Made by a program: the position numbers and the translations under genes. Below, piece by piece: positions 61,648 through 64,000 of a stretch of 64,000 nt of DNA; position 1 is the stretch's first letter, and the number at the start of each line of letters is the position of its first letter. This DNA comes from an uncultured Nitrososphaerales archaeon. GTDB lineage: Archaea > Thermoproteota > Nitrososphaeria > Nitrososphaerales > Nitrososphaeraceae. The stretch spans positions 224,001 through 288,000 of the forward strand of contig CAVQMO010000005.1 in the NCBI GenBank assembly GCA_963713605.1, written 5' to 3'. The notes below the pieces were generated by a model that was not told the origin of the DNA, searched no databases, and was given only the letters and a program-made list of their open reading frames with translations.

Positions 61648-63918
61648 ATGGTTACAGTTCTCCTGCAATTGTCGGTCATAGTCACATCCTTGCTGATGAT
61701 TGCCGTTACAACAAGTTCAATGGCGGAAGCTCAGGAACACACCAAAATCCAGCATTTTGGTTGTGGCGACTATGGGAGTTTCGGATATCATTGTGATCCT
61801 ACACTTTACCCATTAAGTTCTTATGCATTAGAAGGAAATAAGTCTGAAATTATACCAGTAACAAATACAGATCCAACGTATGTACCGGGCGTTGCTGGGA
61901 ATGCAATAGAGCTGGCCGCACCATATAGGGAATACATAGAGATTGAAGATAATCGCCATCCTTACGACTATGACAATTTTTCGGTTTCTTTCTGGATCAA
62001 ACAGGTATTTGATCCAAATACACAAAAAGGGCAAATAATTTCCCACAGTAATTCTCAGACAAAAGGAGGATGGTTTTTCAATAGTGTATTTGACTCCGAT
62101 AATAACTACGTCCAGTTCAATTTATCAGACCGTCTCCAAAACTCAACTATGTCAGCTGAAATACCGGTTTCGAACACGACATTTACACATATTATTGGTA
62201 CATTTAATGGATCAACTATTGCTGTCTATAAAAATGGAAGTTTATATGATGTTCGACAATTTGAAGGTGATCAGGATGTTACTCCAGACCCAATAATTCC
62301 TATTCATATTGGATCCGCATCCTTCTGTGATTCTTGTGAAAGATGGAATGGCATTATCGATGAAGTTATGCTTTTTAACGGTACAATCTCCAACGACCAG
62401 GCAAAACTATTGTATTCGGAGTCAGTCTCCGGAAACAGATCGTCTGAGAAAGACAAAGCTCAAGAAGTTACTGATCTAGTTGGATATTGGGGTTTTGATG
62501 GGAATTTAGAAGATGCGTCTGGTGGCAAGAATAATGCAACCGTTTTTACACCAATAGGGAGCATTGTATTTTCACCGGATGGCCGTATGTTCCTTTCTGA
62601 GAAGAATACGGGAAAAATCATGATCATGAAAAATAATACGCTATTGCCCAATCCGTTCGCGACTATAGAGGGAGTCTATGTTAACTGGGAACAAGGTCTA
62701 TTGGGCCTTGCTATAGATCCACAGTTTCAAGAGAATCATTTTGTTTACGCTTACTATACTACCATAAATAACGAAACCGGAGAACCCATGAATAGAGTGG
62801 TAAGGTTCACTGAAAAAAATAATACAGCCACGGAAATGAAAATTCTCCTAGATGGTATACCTGCGTCCAGGGGGTATCACTCAGGCGGCGCACTCGCATT
62901 TGGTCCAGATGATAAGTTGTACATTACAGTAGGAGATGCAACTCAACACATTTTTGCACAATCTATTTCAACTCCAATTGGAAAAGTCCTGCGCATTGAG
63001 AGAGATGGCTCAATCCCTTCGGACAATCCCTATCCAGATTCCCCTGTTTATACTCTAGGGCACAGAAACATGTATGGTATCGCCTTCGATAATAATGGAA
63101 CAGGGTTAGTATTTGAGAGCGGGGACGTTATATATGATGAAATAAATGTTCTTAAGAAAGGGGGAAACTATGGCTTTCCTGTTTATCAGCCTGCGAATGC
63201 ACCTCCAGAGTTATCAAATTCGACTATAGATATTAAACCTATAAGGAGTTACTGGAATACTATATCGCCCACTCAGGCCATATACTATAACGGTACGCAG
63301 TTTCCATATTTACAAGATAGCTTCATATTTGGCACATATACCGGAAATTTATATTCTGTAACCTTAAATAATGATACCAAAAAAATAGACTCTGAATCAC
63401 ATATACTTCTTAAAAATTATCCTTTTGAGCCCGTTATCTCCATTGCTGAATCACCTGATGGAGATCTTTACTTTGGAGCTTTTCATATTTACAATTTGAC
63501 ATCTCTAGATCTAAATGATGCTTATCAAGACTTCTTTCCAGTGAGTGTCGAAATGCCTAAATATTTGACGGTCACACAACTCCAGGTCAATCCAGATCAG
63601 AGTTTTGCTTACTTGGATGTATCTACAGGGGGCGTAACTGGGTATGAAAACGCCACAATTGTAGAAAATGCTACTACTGCTGTACCTGCAGAATCGAAGG
63701 ATACATTTTCAATTTCGAACACTTCTCTGCTGAATGTAACTATCCCTACCTCTGTTCTAACCAACGTGAATGCCGTCAATGTATCTCAGTCAGGTATTGA
63801 GCATCCGACAGAGTTTTCGATCTCTAGCAGCCAGACTGGCAGCTCAAATATCATTACTATTCCAGTATTTCAAGGACTTAATGGCCGAATAGTTATTTAT
63901 GGCGAGAATAATAATTAG
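61648..63918 (+). CDS. Secreted LamG/concanavalin-like domain + GSDH-family PQQ dehydrogenase fusion
   Basis: FSVSFWIK...HIIGTFNG...YKNG...WNGIIDEV (LamG), then FSPDGRMF, EQGLLGLAIDP, HSGGALAFGPD, LGHRNMYG, DEINVL..GGNYG. Confidence 0.88.
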   Translation: MVTVLLQLSVIVTSLLMIAVTTSSMAEAQEHTKIQHFGCGDYGSFGYHCDPTLYPLSSYALEGNKSEIIPVTNTDPTYVPGVAGNAIELAAPYREYIEIEDNRHPYDYDNFSVSFWIKQVFDPNTQKGQIISHSNSQTKGGWFFNSVFDSDNNYVQFNLSDRLQNSTMSAEIPVSNTTFTHIIGTFNGSTIAVYKNGSLYDVRQFEGDQDVTPDPIIPIHIGSASFCDSCERWNGIIDEVMLFNGTISNDQAKLLYSESVSGNRSSEKDKAQEVTDLVGYWGFDGNLEDASGGKNNATVFTPIGSIVFSPDGRMFLSEKNTGKIMIMKNNTLLPNPFATIEGVYVNWEQGLLGLAIDPQFQENHFVYAYYTTINNETGEPMNRVVRFTEKNNTATEMKILLDGIPASRGYHSGGALAFGPDDKLYITVGDATQHIFAQSISTPIGKVLRIERDGSIPSDNPYPDSPVYTLGHRNMYGIAFDNNGTGLVFESGDVIYDEINVLKKGGNYGFPVYQPANAPPELSNSTIDIKPIRSYWNTISPTQAIYYNGTQFPYLQDSFIFGTYTGNLYSVTLNNDTKKIDSESHILLKNYPFEPVISIAESPDGDLYFGAFHIYNLTSLDLNDAYQDFFPVSVEMPKYLTVTQLQVNPDQSFAYLDVSTGGVTGYENATIVENATTAVPAESKDTFSISNTSLLNVTIPTSVLTNVNAVNVSQSGIEHPTEFSISSSQTGSSNIITIPVFQGLNGRIVIYGENNN

Positions 63919-64000
63919 TAAATGATTGTCCTTTCCTACAACAGTTTGCATTATTTCTATGAGACGCTTCTTCCAGCCAGTGCAATGGCTCTTTTGAATA

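Overview
AT-rich archaeal DNA. Gene families, TATA/BRE promoters and leaderless TTG/GTG starts point to a soil ammonia-oxidising Nitrososphaeraceae (Thaumarchaeota) genome; this is inferred from family recognition, not from a database search. It is an accessory-type region with no rRNA, canonical tRNA, CRISPR array or intact transposase. About 15 otherwise intact genes carry single-base frameshifts, most likely uncorrected long-read indels. Contents: secreted Cys-rich and repeat proteins, two PQQ-type sugar dehydrogenases, HtrA, XPB helicase, a two-domain multicopper oxidase, a CDF exporter with a His-rich partner, an amidase, and a regulator-dense island around a UbiA prenyltransferase. Three candidates stand out. 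(1) A 44-64 kb extracellular-glycan locus couples a processive GT2 synthase and UDP-GlcNAc 2-epimerases with a Tat-exported AA5 copper-radical oxidase on FN3/Ig stalks, an archaeal analogue of bacterial CslA-GlxA/FbfA-FbfB. (2) A split Dna2-like pair (Fe-S PD-(D/E)XK nuclease + SF1B helicase) at 28.8-31.4 kb. (3) An unannotated tandem array of separately promoted, hairpin-rich small RNA candidates at 10.4-10.9 kb, with further structured RNA candidates at 11.7 and 16.7 kb.
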